A stretch of 64,000 nucleotides of DNA, taken from contig JBHHVB010000006.1 in the NCBI GenBank assembly GCA_046754065.1, positions 11,080 to 75,079 on the forward strand. The letters run 5' to 3'. Source of the DNA: Gammaproteobacteria bacterium (GTDB taxonomy: Bacteria; Pseudomonadota; Gammaproteobacteria; SZUA-140). The first letter of the stretch is position 1, and every line of letters starts with the position of its first letter. The position numbers and the translations under genes were made by a program. This document shows positions 14,970 through 25,425 of this stretch, piece after piece. The notes beneath the pieces were generated by a model, which was not told the DNA's origin, did no database searches, and saw nothing but the letters and a program-made list of their open reading frames with translations.

Positions 14970-16952
14970 ATGCCCTTTTCAAAACAGCCTGGCACGACGA
15001 TGATTTTAGGTGTCGATACAGGCGGTACCTTTACCGACTTCGTTTTTTACGATGGCCAGAAAATAATCGTGCACAAGGTTTTGTCTACGCCTGACGAACC
15101 CGAAGCCGCCATCATACAGGGTATCAACGATTTAAAAATTAACCACCAAGACCTGTATATCGTGCACGGCAGCACCGTGGCCACTAATGCTGTTTTGGAG
15201 AAAAAGGGGGTGACAACGGCATTTATAACCAATCATGGTTTTGGTGACATGTTAACAATTGGCCGCCAAACAAGAAACGAATTATATAATCTTCAACCTC
15301 AGCCCGCATCTCCTCCCGTACCTCGGGAACTATGCATTGAAACCGGGGGGCGCATTGCTTCAGATGGAACCGTCGTTGAACCACTAAGCAAGCAAGCGCT
15401 CTCCCAGCTTCGTAAACAAATAAAGGCAATATCGCCACAGGCCGTAGCAATCAACCTGCTCTTCTCATTTATCGATGACCGGTTTGAAAGCGAAATAGCA
15501 GCGGTTATTCCTGAAGGAATTTTTATTTCAAAGTCGTCAGCGATCTTACCGGAAATCAAGGAATATGAACGGGGTATTACGACCTGGCTAAATGCCTGTG
15601 TAGGTCCAATTGTTGAAAAATATATTGATCGCCTGCTTCAAAAGGTGCTGACAAACAAAGTTTCTGTTATGCAAAGTTCCGGGGGTACCGTGGCGGCTAC
15701 CCAAGCTGGCAAATTGGCAGTGCACATGCTGTTATCCGGACCGGCGGGTGGACTCTCCGGAGCGAAATTTGTTGCTAGCGCGTCTGGCAGGCAAAGACTA
15801 ATGACTTTTGATATGGGTGGAACATCTACCGATGTTGCCCTGATTGATGGTGATTTCAAGCTCACTAACGAAGGTCAAATTGCCTCCTATCCTGTTGCAA
15901 TCCCGATGGTTGATATGCATACCATTGGAGCCGGAGGAGGATCAATTGCACGCATCGATGCTGGAGGTATGCTACAGGTCGGCCCCAAATCTGCCGGCGC
16001 CCGGCCTGGCCCTGCGTGTTATGGAAATGGCAGCAAGCTGGCAACGGTGACCGACGCCAACCTGGTACTCGGTCGACTACCCAGGGATTCGGCTCTGGCT
16101 GGCCACATGCTGCTTGATTTCGAATCAGCAAACATTGCAATTGCCTCATTAGCCGATAAGATTGACAAGACCATCGAGGAAACCGCCGCCGGAATCGTTA
16201 GTATCGCCAATGAACACATGGCGAATGCATTACGCGTCATTTCAGTGCAACGCGGCTATAATCCACGCGATTTCACCCTGGTTTCATTTGGAGGGGCTGG
16301 AGGCTTGCATGTCTGTGCGCTCGCTGACGCATTAGGTATGAATAAGGCATTAGTGCCAATTCATTCGGGCGTTTTATCTGCATTGGGAATGCTCGCAGCA
16401 CCACGGGAACGTCAACTTTCTCGCACGATCTCTTGCGTTCTCGATAAATTTTCAATGACAGATTTTCACAAGCAGTTTAAATTACTGGAAGATGCCGGCA
16501 GAGAGGCTCTGCTTCGTGAAGGCGTTGACGAGACTGCTATTACCATTCAAAAATCGGTGGATCTGCGGTATCTGGGGCAAACCTTTACATTAAATATCGA
16601 TTGGTCAAATTCCGAGTCAATCATCCAGTCATTTCATCAGGCCCATAAACGTCGCTACGGACACACACTCGATTTGGCTATTGAATTAGTCAATATACGA
16701 ATGGCCATACAAGGACCACGATCTTCAATTCCATTAACAACCAGTTTTGCGACCAACAGCGTGCCATCCAGTTTCAGTAACGTTGTTGGCATTCAGTCAC
16801 CTGTTGAAATCATTACCCGAAGCTCGATTCAAACGGGCAAGGTAATTGGCGGTCCAGCGATTATTAGCGAAAATATTGCAACAACCTATATTCCACCCGA
16901 ATGGACGTATCAGATAGATTCTGTGGGCAACCTTCTCCTGAGTAAAAAATAA
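14970..16952 (+). CDS. Hydantoinase A/oxoprolinase (HyuA) family protein
   Basis: It has LGVDTGGTFTDFV, HGSTVATNA, FDMGGTSTDV and IGAGGGSIA motifs, typical of the ATP-dependent hydantoinase/oxoprolinase alpha part. No HyuB-like partner gene is adjacent. Confidence 0.85.
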   Translation: MPFSKQPGTTMILGVDTGGTFTDFVFYDGQKIIVHKVLSTPDEPEAAIIQGINDLKINHQDLYIVHGSTVATNAVLEKKGVTTAFITNHGFGDMLTIGRQTRNELYNLQPQPASPPVPRELCIETGGRIASDGTVVEPLSKQALSQLRKQIKAISPQAVAINLLFSFIDDRFESEIAAVIPEGIFISKSSAILPEIKEYERGITTWLNACVGPIVEKYIDRLLQKVLTNKVSVMQSSGGTVAATQAGKLAVHMLLSGPAGGLSGAKFVASASGRQRLMTFDMGGTSTDVALIDGDFKLTNEGQIASYPVAIPMVDMHTIGAGGGSIARIDAGGMLQVGPKSAGARPGPACYGNGSKLATVTDANLVLGRLPRDSALAGHMLLDFESANIAIASLADKIDKTIEETAAGIVSIANEHMANALRVISVQRGYNPRDFTLVSFGGAGGLHVCALADALGMNKALVPIHSGVLSALGMLAAPRERQLSRTISCVLDKFSMTDFHKQFKLLEDAGREALLREGVDETAITIQKSVDLRYLGQTFTLNIDWSNSESIIQSFHQAHKRRYGHTLDLAIELVNIRMAIQGPRSSIPLTTSFATNSVPSSFSNVVGIQSPVEIITRSSIQTGKVIGGPAIISENIATTYIPPEWTYQIDSVGNLLLSKK

Positions 16953-16972
16953 TCCTGTAAAATCACGAATAG

Positions 16973-18334
16973 CTAGATCAGGAACATGGTAGCCAAACCC
17001 AAAAAGACCATGAATCCGACAACATCTGTTACTGTCGTTAACATGACACTGCCACCTAATGCCGGATCTGCCCCCAGTTTTCGCAAGACCAATGGAATGG
17101 TAGTTCCAGCAATTGCAGCCACAATTAGATTAATGACAATTGCCGCCGCGATAATCGCTCCTATCTGGTAGTCTCCAAACCAGACTATTGCCAGTGCAGA
17201 CACCACCGATGCCCACAACAGCCCGTTCAATATACCCACCGCAATCTCTTTAACGAGTAATTGACGCGCATTCGAGTCCGCTATTCGACCCAGTGCAATA
17301 CCTCGAATGACGAGCGTCAAGGTCTGACTTCCAGCAATACCCCCCATACTCGCCACGATTGGCATTAGGACTGCCAACGCAACCGCTTTCTCAATCGTGT
17401 TTTCAAACAGCCCTATAACCCAGGATGCAAGAAATGCGGTTAATAAATTCACCCCTAACCAAACCGCACGATTTCGACTACTCACAATGACTGGTGAAAA
17501 CATATCGTCTTCCTGATCGAGGCCAGCCAAACTCATTAACGAATGCTCAGCCTCATCACGTATAACGTCTACAACATCATCGATTGTAATTCGCCCTAAT
17601 AATTTCTCATTCTCGTCTACAACCGGTGCAGAAACGAGATCCCGATGTTCAAACAAACTGGCAACCTCCTGTACAGCCGTTTCAACAGGTATCTTTTCGA
17701 CGCCCGTTGTCATCACACTGGTTACCGTGAGAGACGGAGATTGCGTCAGCAATTTGGTTAACGATAAAACGCCCAGATATTTATCCGTTCTGTCAACGAC
17801 AAAGAGATTGTCGGTCGTTTCCGGAATTTCTCCCCGCAACCGCAAATAACGAAGCACCACATCCAGCGTCACATCCGGTCTCACTGTCACGGCATCGGTA
17901 TTCATTAAACCACCAGCGGTATCTTCGGGAAATGATAATACCGCTTCCAGTCTATGGCGGTCCTGTTCGTCCATCGACTGCAATACTTCCTGAATAACCG
18001 CATCGGGCAGGTCTTGAAGAATATCAGCCAGATCATCCGTTTCCAGGCCCCCGGCTGCTGCGACAAGTTCATGTTGAGCCATATCACGAATCAGACTCGC
18101 TCGCAGCTCATCATTAACGTGAATCAGAATGTCACCGTCGAGTTCCGGATCAACCAACTCCCATAGCAACTCCCTCTCGACTGGAGGCAATGATTCAAGC
18201 AAGTGCGCGATCTCGGCAGGGTGGAGCCCATTCAGCATGTGCCGCACATTTATCAGCGCACCGCTGTCTAGCGCCGCTGTAAAACTTTGCAGTCTTTTGT
18301 GGCGCAACTCTTTTTCTGATGAATTTGACATCAC
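16973..18334 (-). CDS. mgtE: Magnesium transporter MgtE
   Basis: It has an MgtE N-domain, tandem CBS region and C-terminal 5-TM domain (PIVASMGGIAGSQT, TVTDVVGF). Confidence 0.9.
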   Translation of the reverse strand: MMSNSSEKELRHKRLQSFTAALDSGALINVRHMLNGLHPAEIAHLLESLPPVERELLWELVDPELDGDILIHVNDELRASLIRDMAQHELVAAAGGLETDDLADILQDLPDAVIQEVLQSMDEQDRHRLEAVLSFPEDTAGGLMNTDAVTVRPDVTLDVVLRYLRLRGEIPETTDNLFVVDRTDKYLGVLSLTKLLTQSPSLTVTSVMTTGVEKIPVETAVQEVASLFEHRDLVSAPVVDENEKLLGRITIDDVVDVIRDEAEHSLMSLAGLDQEDDMFSPVIVSSRNRAVWLGVNLLTAFLASWVIGLFENTIEKAVALAVLMPIVASMGGIAGSQTLTLVIRGIALGRIADSNARQLLVKEIAVGILNGLLWASVVSALAIVWFGDYQIGAIIAAAIVINLIVAAIAGTTIPLVLRKLGADPALGGSVMLTTVTDVVGFMVFLGLATMFLI

Positions 18335-18427
18335 AAGCTCACATTTAACTAATTAGTTACTGGCGTGACTAAACATTGCTAGTAAAAGTCCTATTATAAC
18401 AGCATGATCCAGCACAAGCCTGTTAAA

Positions 18428-20185
18428 TTATTTTGAGGCAGAACTACCCTGACAGTTAAGTAAACTGACGTGCCTTTGAATATCGGAGGGATCAGCCAGT
18501 TTCAATATTTTCTTTACTGGCTTTGTTAATGTTGTGACGTCGGAGGCTTTAACAATCTGCTTTACCTGAAGAAGACTGGCTGGCAGCATACTGAACTCAC
18601 GTAAACCCATCCCCAACAGCAGGCGTGTAAATCGCATATCGCCCGCCATTTCCCCGCACATAGCAACGGGAATATTTGCCTTTTTGCCTGCTTTTATAAC
18701 CATGTTGATAAGCCGTAGAATCGCTGGATGCATGGGATCAAACAGGTAATTTACCTCATCATCCCGCCTATCCACTGCCAACGTATACTGAATAAGATCG
18801 TTAGTACCGATCGAAAAGAAATCCACATATTTGGCAATCATATCGGCTGCCAATGCAGCAGCTGGCACCTCAATCATACAACCTACCGGTATGTTTGGGT
18901 CGAATTTTCGGCCTATCGCCTTTAACCTGTTTTTCTCTTCGTTCATAATTCGTCGTACCTCAACCATCTCCTGAACACCAGACAACATGGGCACCATAAG
19001 GCGTACAGTTCCATAATGCGATGCTCTCAAAATGGCTCTGAGTTGTGGGCGGAATAGTGATGGATCTTTCAGACACCATCGAACAGCACGCAATCCCAAT
19101 GCGGGATTGGTCGCCACCTGGCTTTCCTGGATATTTGAAGCTGACTGCTTATCAGCTCCAAGGTCTAACGATCTGATCGTCACAGGAATTCCTTTCATCG
19201 ATTTCACGACTTGCCGATAGTTGCGAAATTGTTCCTCCTCACCCGGAAAATCGGTACGATTCATGAACAGCATCTCTGTTCTATACAGCCCAACACCCGC
19301 AGCACACACTCGCCTGACCATAGGCAAATCAGTTGGAAGTTCAATATTCGCCATCAGGGACACCAACGTACCATCAACGGTGCATGACGACCGCTTTTTC
19401 AGTTTATTCAATTCCGCCTTGTGACGGTTCTCTATCCTTTTCTTTTTACGAAAATATTCAAGCTCAGTTTCGTCCAGTCCGGCCAGAACGACCCCGGCAC
19501 TGCCATCAACAACCAGCAGATCACCCTGCCGAATATAATGGTGAATATTATGGACACCGACAATGGCCGGAATACCTAAACTACGAGCAAGAATTGCGGT
19601 ATGAGAATTGGCACCCCCAAATTCGGTAATAATTGCTGAAACCCCCTGCTGCTGCATTATCATCGTGTCCGAAGGCGCAAGATCATCGGCAATTACAACC
19701 CCATCTTTCAACCATTGATTTTTGGTCTCTTGCATTTGATCAACCTGTTGTAACAACATACGCTGGATACTGTTAACAACATGATCGACATCATCTTTGC
19801 GGGTTTTTAAATAGGGATCATCCATCTTGTCGAAAACTGCAACCAGCTCATCACGCTGCAACTTAAGTGCCCATTCAGCGTTGCAGCGTTTAGACCTGAT
19901 TATATTTAGCGGTGCCATGGACAGAGTTGAGTCATCCAGCATCAGCAAATGAGCATCAACAAACGCGACAATCTCGGACGGCGTATCTCCAGGGATTTGC
20001 TGGCAAATTGATTTTAATTTTTCTTTTGATTTTTTAATGGCGGCCTTGTATCTGGCACACTCATTATCAATCATTGATAACGGGACTGGATATTCGCTAA
20101 TCTCAAGATCATCCCGCTTTAAAAGATAAGCAGCACCGATAGTAATGCCTTGAGAAACGCTGATTCCCCCAAGCATCAAACCCAT
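18428..20185 (-). CDS. ptsI: Phosphoenolpyruvate-protein phosphotransferase (PTS enzyme I, no GAF domain)
   Basis: It has GGANSHTAILARSLGIPA (phospho-His region), GLYRTE, GTNDLIQYTLAVDR and CGEMAG motifs. Confidence 0.9.
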   Translation of the reverse strand: MGLMLGGISVSQGITIGAAYLLKRDDLEISEYPVPLSMIDNECARYKAAIKKSKEKLKSICQQIPGDTPSEIVAFVDAHLLMLDDSTLSMAPLNIIRSKRCNAEWALKLQRDELVAVFDKMDDPYLKTRKDDVDHVVNSIQRMLLQQVDQMQETKNQWLKDGVVIADDLAPSDTMIMQQQGVSAIITEFGGANSHTAILARSLGIPAIVGVHNIHHYIRQGDLLVVDGSAGVVLAGLDETELEYFRKKKRIENRHKAELNKLKKRSSCTVDGTLVSLMANIELPTDLPMVRRVCAAGVGLYRTEMLFMNRTDFPGEEEQFRNYRQVVKSMKGIPVTIRSLDLGADKQSASNIQESQVATNPALGLRAVRWCLKDPSLFRPQLRAILRASHYGTVRLMVPMLSGVQEMVEVRRIMNEEKNRLKAIGRKFDPNIPVGCMIEVPAAALAADMIAKYVDFFSIGTNDLIQYTLAVDRRDDEVNYLFDPMHPAILRLINMVIKAGKKANIPVAMCGEMAGDMRFTRLLLGMGLREFSMLPASLLQVKQIVKASDVTTLTKPVKKILKLADPSDIQRHVSLLNCQGSSASK

Positions 20186-20252
20186 ATAATTACTCGCTCA
20201 GGACCGACAGGTGGAATGGCATCTATTTCCCCTCATCAATTGTATTTGATTT

Positions 20253-20528
20253 TTACGCATCCTCACCAAAGCGCTGATCAATTAAATCTTCAAGATTTTT
20301 CATTGCCTCAGATTCATCAGACCCATCAATACAAATTTCTATTGTCGAACCTTTTGCGGCTGCAAGCATCATCATTCCCATGATACTTTTGCCATTCACC
20401 TGTTTATTGTTTTTCTTTACCTTGATATCACTAGCAAACTCCGAGGCCAGCGTCACAAATTTCGCTGCAGCCCTGGCGTGCAATCCCAGCCTGTTGATTA
20501 TCTGCATTTCCTTACACAGCATAATCAC
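20253..20528 (-). CDS. ptsH: HPr/NPr-type phosphocarrier protein
   Basis: It has NRLGLHARAAAKF (His-15 region) and NGKSIMGMMML (Ser-46 region, the HprK target). Confidence 0.85.
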   Translation of the reverse strand: MIMLCKEMQIINRLGLHARAAAKFVTLASEFASDIKVKKNNKQVNGKSIMGMMMLAAAKGSTIEICIDGSDESEAMKNLEDLIDQRFGEDA

Positions 20529-20932
20529 GCCTCCGCCACATCGGATTTACATAAAAAGATGCTGTCCCGGCCACCGCTAATCGCCTTGCCAGTCAATTGA
20601 TCCAGCGTCAGGTGTGGGTAATTCAACAGCCGCACAAGCATTGGTAGATTCAAACCGGTAATCACCACTACATCTTCATACGCTGATTCAATATTAGTTG
20701 CGATATTACTGGGCGTAGAGCCATACATATCGGTCAATACAATAACCCCTGCACCCTGATTGACCATTGAAACTTTTTTCCTTGCCAACTCATTAAGCCC
20801 ATCAGGATCACAACCCGACGTTACCGAAATGCAATCCACAGCCAAAGGACAAACGCCCATCATATTGATAGCGGTATCCAGCAAGCTACTCCCAATATGA
20901 TCATGGGTAATGATTAACAAACCAACCTTCAT
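20525..20932 (-). CDS. PTS EIIA component, mannose/fructose family
   Basis: It has MKVGLLIITHDHIGSSLL (N-terminal phospho-His motif) and is 135 aa. Its ends overlap rapZ and the HPr gene. Confidence 0.75.
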   Translation of the reverse strand: MKVGLLIITHDHIGSSLLDTAINMMGVCPLAVDCISVTSGCDPDGLNELARKKVSMVNQGAGVIVLTDMYGSTPSNIATNIESAYEDVVVITGLNLPMLVRLLNYPHLTLDQLTGKAISGGRDSIFLCKSDVAEA

Positions 20933-21789
20933 GCAATATCTCGATGTGTTATGAGTATTTTTTTATCAGATTCCATAAAATTCTTTGCCAATTGTTCGGT
21001 TAAATAGACCGAACGATGCTGCCCCCCGGTGCAACCTATCCCGATCGTCATATAGCTACGATTTTCTGCCTCGAAGCTTGGAATCCAGGTTTTTAGGAAA
21101 CTACTAATATCTTCAAACATTTTGCTCACCAGTGGTTGGTTCTGAAGAAACTCGATGATCTCCTCATCTTTACCAGTATACCCTCTAAGCTCCGGATACC
21201 AGTATGGATTAGGTAAACAACGCACATCAAAAATATAATCTGCATCAACAGGCGTACCATTTTTGAAACCAAATGAAATAAAAAGCAATGACAGCAGCGG
21301 ATTTTGCCTTTTTGCAACCCGTTCACTAATTTGTGATCTTAATTGATGAACATTCAATCGACTCGTGTCAATAATCAGATCAGCATTAACCATCATCGGT
21401 TGAAGAAGCTTTTTTTCATCCGCGATAGCCTGATACAAATGTCTTTCAGTCGTAGACAGCGGGTGCTTTCTCCGTGTAGACGAAAATCGCTGTAATAATG
21501 TTTTTTCATCGGCCTCAAGGAACAAGACTTCACATACGATACCCTCTTTACGAATTTCCTCGGTAATACCTTTCAGATTCCTCAGCTCATCAACCAGGTT
21601 CCGCGCGTCAATTCCGACTGCCACGCTATCTGTCCCCCTGTTTTTTGCAGCCTCCAGCATTTTATTGGCAAACTGTGGCAATAAAGCCACAGGCAAATTA
21701 TCAACACAGTAAAATTCAAGATCTTCCAGTGCCTGAATAGCAATGCTTTTACCCGATCCCGATAAACCACTTACAATAATCAGTCTCAT
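20929..21789 (-). CDS. rapZ: RNase adapter protein RapZ (YhbJ)
   Basis: It has a Walker A motif (SGLSGSGKS), FYCVDNLP and a C-terminal GCTGGQHRSV motif. Confidence 0.9.
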   Translation of the reverse strand: MRLIIVSGLSGSGKSIAIQALEDLEFYCVDNLPVALLPQFANKMLEAAKNRGTDSVAVGIDARNLVDELRNLKGITEEIRKEGIVCEVLFLEADEKTLLQRFSSTRRKHPLSTTERHLYQAIADEKKLLQPMMVNADLIIDTSRLNVHQLRSQISERVAKRQNPLLSLLFISFGFKNGTPVDADYIFDVRCLPNPYWYPELRGYTGKDEEIIEFLQNQPLVSKMFEDISSFLKTWIPSFEAENRSYMTIGIGCTGGQHRSVYLTEQLAKNFMESDKKILITHRDIA

Positions 21790-22742
21790 TAATGCCTGCC
21801 CATGACTTCTCGATGCCTATGGATAAAATCAGTTGATGCCGAATAACCACTTAATTCAAGGAGGTGATTTCTTACCGCACTTTCTATCAAGACCGCAAGA
21901 TTACGTCCTGGTGCAACAGGTATGGTAATTTTGGGAATATTGACCTCCAGAAGCGGCGTATTCTCCTTGCTTCCATATAACCTGTCTATCTCCTTTAAAT
22001 CCTGACTCTTTAGTTCCTGCAAATGAATAATCAGTCGAAGATTCTTGTCCTGCTTAACTGCACTATCACCATAAATGGCTTTAATATTCAGGATTCCAAT
22101 TCCCCTGACCTCCAGAAAACCCTGCAATAATTGAGGGCATACGCCATTTAACTTATCTGGAGCGATGCGTAAGAACTCCGGAGCATCATCTGCAATTAAC
22201 CTGTGGCCACGAGTGACAAGCTCCAGTGCAAGCTCACTTTTCCCAACACCACTCTCCCCAGTCAACAATACACCTATCCCCATCACCTCCATAAAAACAC
22301 CATGCAGAGTTATTTTTTCGGCAAGAAGACCGGAAAGGTAGTAATGCAGATGGGTTACCAGTTTATGCCCAGGCAACCGGGACTGAAACAGGGGGGTATC
22401 TGATGCCTCAGCAAAATCCAGGATACTTTTTGGCACTCGCTTGCCATTCGAGATCACGAGTAGCGCCGGTTCGTTTGCAAAAAGCTGGTCCAGCGTATCC
22501 TTGAAGGAATTTTTACCCAAACTGCGTAAATACCGCAATTCCATTCGGCCGATAACCTGGATTCTATTAGGATGAATCAGATTTAAATGCCCAACAAGCG
22601 GACTCACGGGCCGTTGATTTTTTGAGGACGAAACTGGACCCTTGATGACGCGATCAGCTCCCGCTCTACCGGCAAGCCAGTCAAGCACCAGCTTTTCTTT
22701 TAACGTATTGTAAAGCGTCCCCGTAGTAAGAGGTGCTTCCAT
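21789..22742 (-). CDS. hprK: HPr kinase/phosphorylase
   Basis: It has HGVFMEVMGIGVLLTGESGVGKSELALEL and RGHRLIADD motifs. Confidence 0.9.
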   Translation of the reverse strand: MEAPLTTGTLYNTLKEKLVLDWLAGRAGADRVIKGPVSSSKNQRPVSPLVGHLNLIHPNRIQVIGRMELRYLRSLGKNSFKDTLDQLFANEPALLVISNGKRVPKSILDFAEASDTPLFQSRLPGHKLVTHLHYYLSGLLAEKITLHGVFMEVMGIGVLLTGESGVGKSELALELVTRGHRLIADDAPEFLRIAPDKLNGVCPQLLQGFLEVRGIGILNIKAIYGDSAVKQDKNLRLIIHLQELKSQDLKEIDRLYGSKENTPLLEVNIPKITIPVAPGRNLAVLIESAVRNHLLELSGYSASTDFIHRHREVMGRH

Positions 22743-22749
22743 AATAGAC

Positions 22750-23259
22750 TCACGCAGCAGGCCCTACAGCCAACTGCGATTCCTTTTGTTTCAAACTGAC
22801 TAGTGTCTCAAAAATCTGGTGCGGAGCAGTTGCTGATCGTAATGACTTGCAAGTTTCAATATCGCTGAACATCTCTGCTAATAATGCAAGAAGATTTAAA
22901 TGTTCATCCGTAGATTTTTCAGGAACTAATAATGCGCAGATCAAATCAACAGGTTCGCCATCAATTGCATCAAAATCGACTGCAGTTTCTAGCTGCATGA
23001 ATGCGCCAATCGCCTTATCCAGCCCTTGAATTCTTCCATGTGGAATAGCGACACCATGACCTAACCCTGTGCTCCCGAGACGCTCTCGCTCGCACAGACT
23101 TTCAAACACTTCTTCCTGATCCAGACCTGGCTCGCCATACGCCAGCAGCTCACTTAATGCTTCAAGCGTACGCTTTTTACTGGATGCACTGCTTTTGCAT
23201 ACGATATTTTCGGATTTAATAAATTCTGACACAGCTATCATTGGTAATCTGGCCTGCAA
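22750..23259 (-). CDS. ptsN: Nitrogen-regulatory PTS EIIA (EIIA-Ntr)
   Basis: It has RERLGSTGLGHGVAIPHGR (active-site His) and sits in the conserved position between hpf and hprK/rapZ. Confidence 0.85.
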   Translation of the reverse strand: MQARLPMIAVSEFIKSENIVCKSSASSKKRTLEALSELLAYGEPGLDQEEVFESLCERERLGSTGLGHGVAIPHGRIQGLDKAIGAFMQLETAVDFDAIDGEPVDLICALLVPEKSTDEHLNLLALLAEMFSDIETCKSLRSATAPHQIFETLVSLKQKESQLAVGPAA

Positions 23260-23270
23260 ATAACTGGATT

Positions 23271-23579
23271 TTATATTTTTCCGCTATTGCGATGATAGTC
23301 TTTCTGTTTTTCTTTATGCTTTTTAATTTGTCTATCCAACTTATCCACCAATGCATCGATAGCCGCGTACATGTTTTCTTCTTCTGCATCGGCGAAAATA
23401 TTACCTCCACTGACATGCAAAGTAGCCTCTGCCTTCTGGCGCAGTTTCTCCACACTCAATACAACATTAACATTGGTAATATGATCGAAATGACGCTCAA
23501 TTCTGTCAAATTTGCTCGTTACGTAATCCCGCAATGCTGATGTTAGATCAATATGGTGTCCGCTTAGGTTAATTTGCAT
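23271..23579 (-). CDS. hpf: Ribosome hibernation promoting factor
   Basis: From the internal Met at 23577-23579 the sequence reads MQINLSGHHIDLTSALRDYVTSKFDRIERHF. The longer ORF-track start at 23672 adds a non-homologous extension. Confidence 0.85.
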   Translation of the reverse strand: MQINLSGHHIDLTSALRDYVTSKFDRIERHFDHITNVNVVLSVEKLRQKAEATLHVSGGNIFADAEEENMYAAIDALVDKLDRQIKKHKEKQKDYHRNSGKI

Positions 23580-23700
23580 CTCATACCCCTTTTTTAAGTT
23601 TTTATATTTTACCGCCAAAGCTAATGGATTGACAGCTACCCGTCTATCAGCAAGCATTGATTCCCACGTCAATTCCTCTATGCTTGATATCTGAGATAAC

Positions 23701-25239
23701 CTACATTAGTCTTTTTCTTTCGCTTGATGATGGAATGGAAATCGATTCACGATATTTGGCTATCGTCCTTCGCGCCACATTGATGCCTTCACCCGCTAGT
23801 AACTGTGCGATTTTGCTATCACTTAACGGTTTACGCGGATCCTCTGCTGCAACCAGCTTCTTTATAAAAGCGCGTATAGCGGTAGCGGAACACTCCCCTC
23901 CACTTGCTGTTCCCACATGGCTGGAAAAAAAATATTTCAGCTCAAATATCCCGCGCGGGGTGTGCATATATTTTTGCGTGGTTACACGTGAAATGGTCGA
24001 TTCATGCATTTCCACTTCTTTCGCGACATCATGCAGTACCAATGCCTTCATTGCCTCCTCACCGTGCTCCAGGAAGCCTCGCTGTCTCTCAACAATACAG
24101 GTAGCTACCTTCAGCAAGGTATCATTTCTACTTTTTAGACTTTTAATAAACCAGCGGGCTTCCTGTAAGTGGTTTTTCAAATACGTGTTATCGCTGCTAT
24201 TATCAGCTCGCTTTACCAAACCCGCATAGTCAGAATTAATCCTGATTTTTGGTATAGCCTCGGAATTTAACTCCACTTTCCATTTGCCTTCAACTTTTTT
24301 CACCACGACATCCGGAACCACATATTCCGCCTGTTTACTCGCTATGACACTACCGGGCCTTGGGTTCAACGTCTGTATTAATGTAACGACTTGCTGCAAA
24401 TCAGATTGAGACAACTTCATTCGTCTCATCAGCTGATTGAATTCTCTGTTAGCAAGCAATTGTAAATGGTCATTTACCAACACTTTTGCAGTTTGTAACC
24501 AGGGGGTATCATTTGACAAGTGTTGTAACTGGATTATCAAGGACTCTCGAATATCACGAGCACCCACACCAACCGGATCAAAGTTGTGAATTCGATGTAA
24601 AACTGCCTCGACTTCGTCCAGCTCTATCTCCAGGTCTTCGTCCAGACTTTCAAGAATCTCCTCACAACTAGTTGTAAGGTACCCCTGTTCATCGATCGCA
24701 TCGATGATATTCATAGCAATCTCAAGATCCTTATTGCTAAATGGAGTAAGGCGCATTTGCCATAACAGATGCTCACGCAATGTTTCGGAGCTATTGTCCT
24801 GATTTTCAAAGCTGTGTGACTCTTGAGCAGGGGCTGATGATTGAGGTATTACGTTGTCAAATGTGTCCTCCCAGGAACTATCCACTGGCAATTCATCGGG
24901 AATATCATCCATCTGTGATGGTTCGTCCGAATCCATTTTTTCTTTTTTTGTGCCGGTGCCTGAGTCAACATTGATCTGGTCAAGTGTAGACGTCTTATCT
25001 GATATTTCTTTCTCCTGACCGTTAACCCCTGAGTCGGTCTCTCCATCCCAGTCACTATCTGAAGACAAGCCTTCAGCCGACCCATCTTCATTCATTTCCA
25101 GCATAGGATTGGAATCCAGCGCTTCTTGTATCTCATTTTGTAAATCAAGTGTCGACAACTGCAACAAGCGTATTGCCTGCTGCAATTGCGGCGTCATGGT
25201 TAGGTGTTGCCCAATACGTAACTGGATTGTTTGCTTCAT
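23701..25239 (-). CDS. rpoN: RNA polymerase sigma-54 factor
   Basis: It has an N-terminal [23 protein letters not shown], an acidic linker and a C-terminal RpoN box ([10 protein letters not shown]). Confidence 0.95.
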   Translation of the reverse strand: MKQTIQLRIGQHLTMTPQLQQAIRLLQLSTLDLQNEIQEALDSNPMLEMNEDGSAEGLSSDSDWDGETDSGVNGQEKEISDKTSTLDQINVDSGTGTKKEKMDSDEPSQMDDIPDELPVDSSWEDTFDNVIPQSSAPAQESHSFENQDNSSETLREHLLWQMRLTPFSNKDLEIAMNIIDAIDEQGYLTTSCEEILESLDEDLEIELDEVEAVLHRIHNFDPVGVGARDIRESLIIQLQHLSNDTPWLQTAKVLVNDHLQLLANREFNQLMRRMKLSQSDLQQVVTLIQTLNPRPGSVIASKQAEYVVPDVVVKKVEGKWKVELNSEAIPKIRINSDYAGLVKRADNSSDNTYLKNHLQEARWFIKSLKSRNDTLLKVATCIVERQRGFLEHGEEAMKALVLHDVAKEVEMHESTISRVTTQKYMHTPRGIFELKYFFSSHVGTASGGECSATAIRAFIKKLVAAEDPRKPLSDSKIAQLLAGEGINVARRTIAKYRESISIPSSSERKRLM

Positions 25240-25425
25240 AAATACCTTTTACCCAATAAGGCACTCTCTGTGCCTGAAACTATGCCTAGTTTAACCCATT
25301 TAATGACTCAATACAGTCTTCTCTGCCGCTTTGATCATAACCGTGCAAGTTCTTCCGCTTCAACCATGATATTACCCATCAAATAAAATGGATCAGGATA
25401 GGCAGACCAGGGTTTCAAACGTCAT

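Noticed and set aside
23657-24229. A 190-aa plus-strand ORF.
   Set aside because: It lies entirely antisense within rpoN, which has unmistakable sigma-54 motifs. Its composition is the low-complexity shadow of the opposite strand.
25259-25275. A small hairpin (AGGCAC-tctct-GTGCCT) just upstream of the rpoN start.
   Set aside because: The stem is only 6 bp and has no U-tract. This is within what chance would give in a 186-bp spacer.
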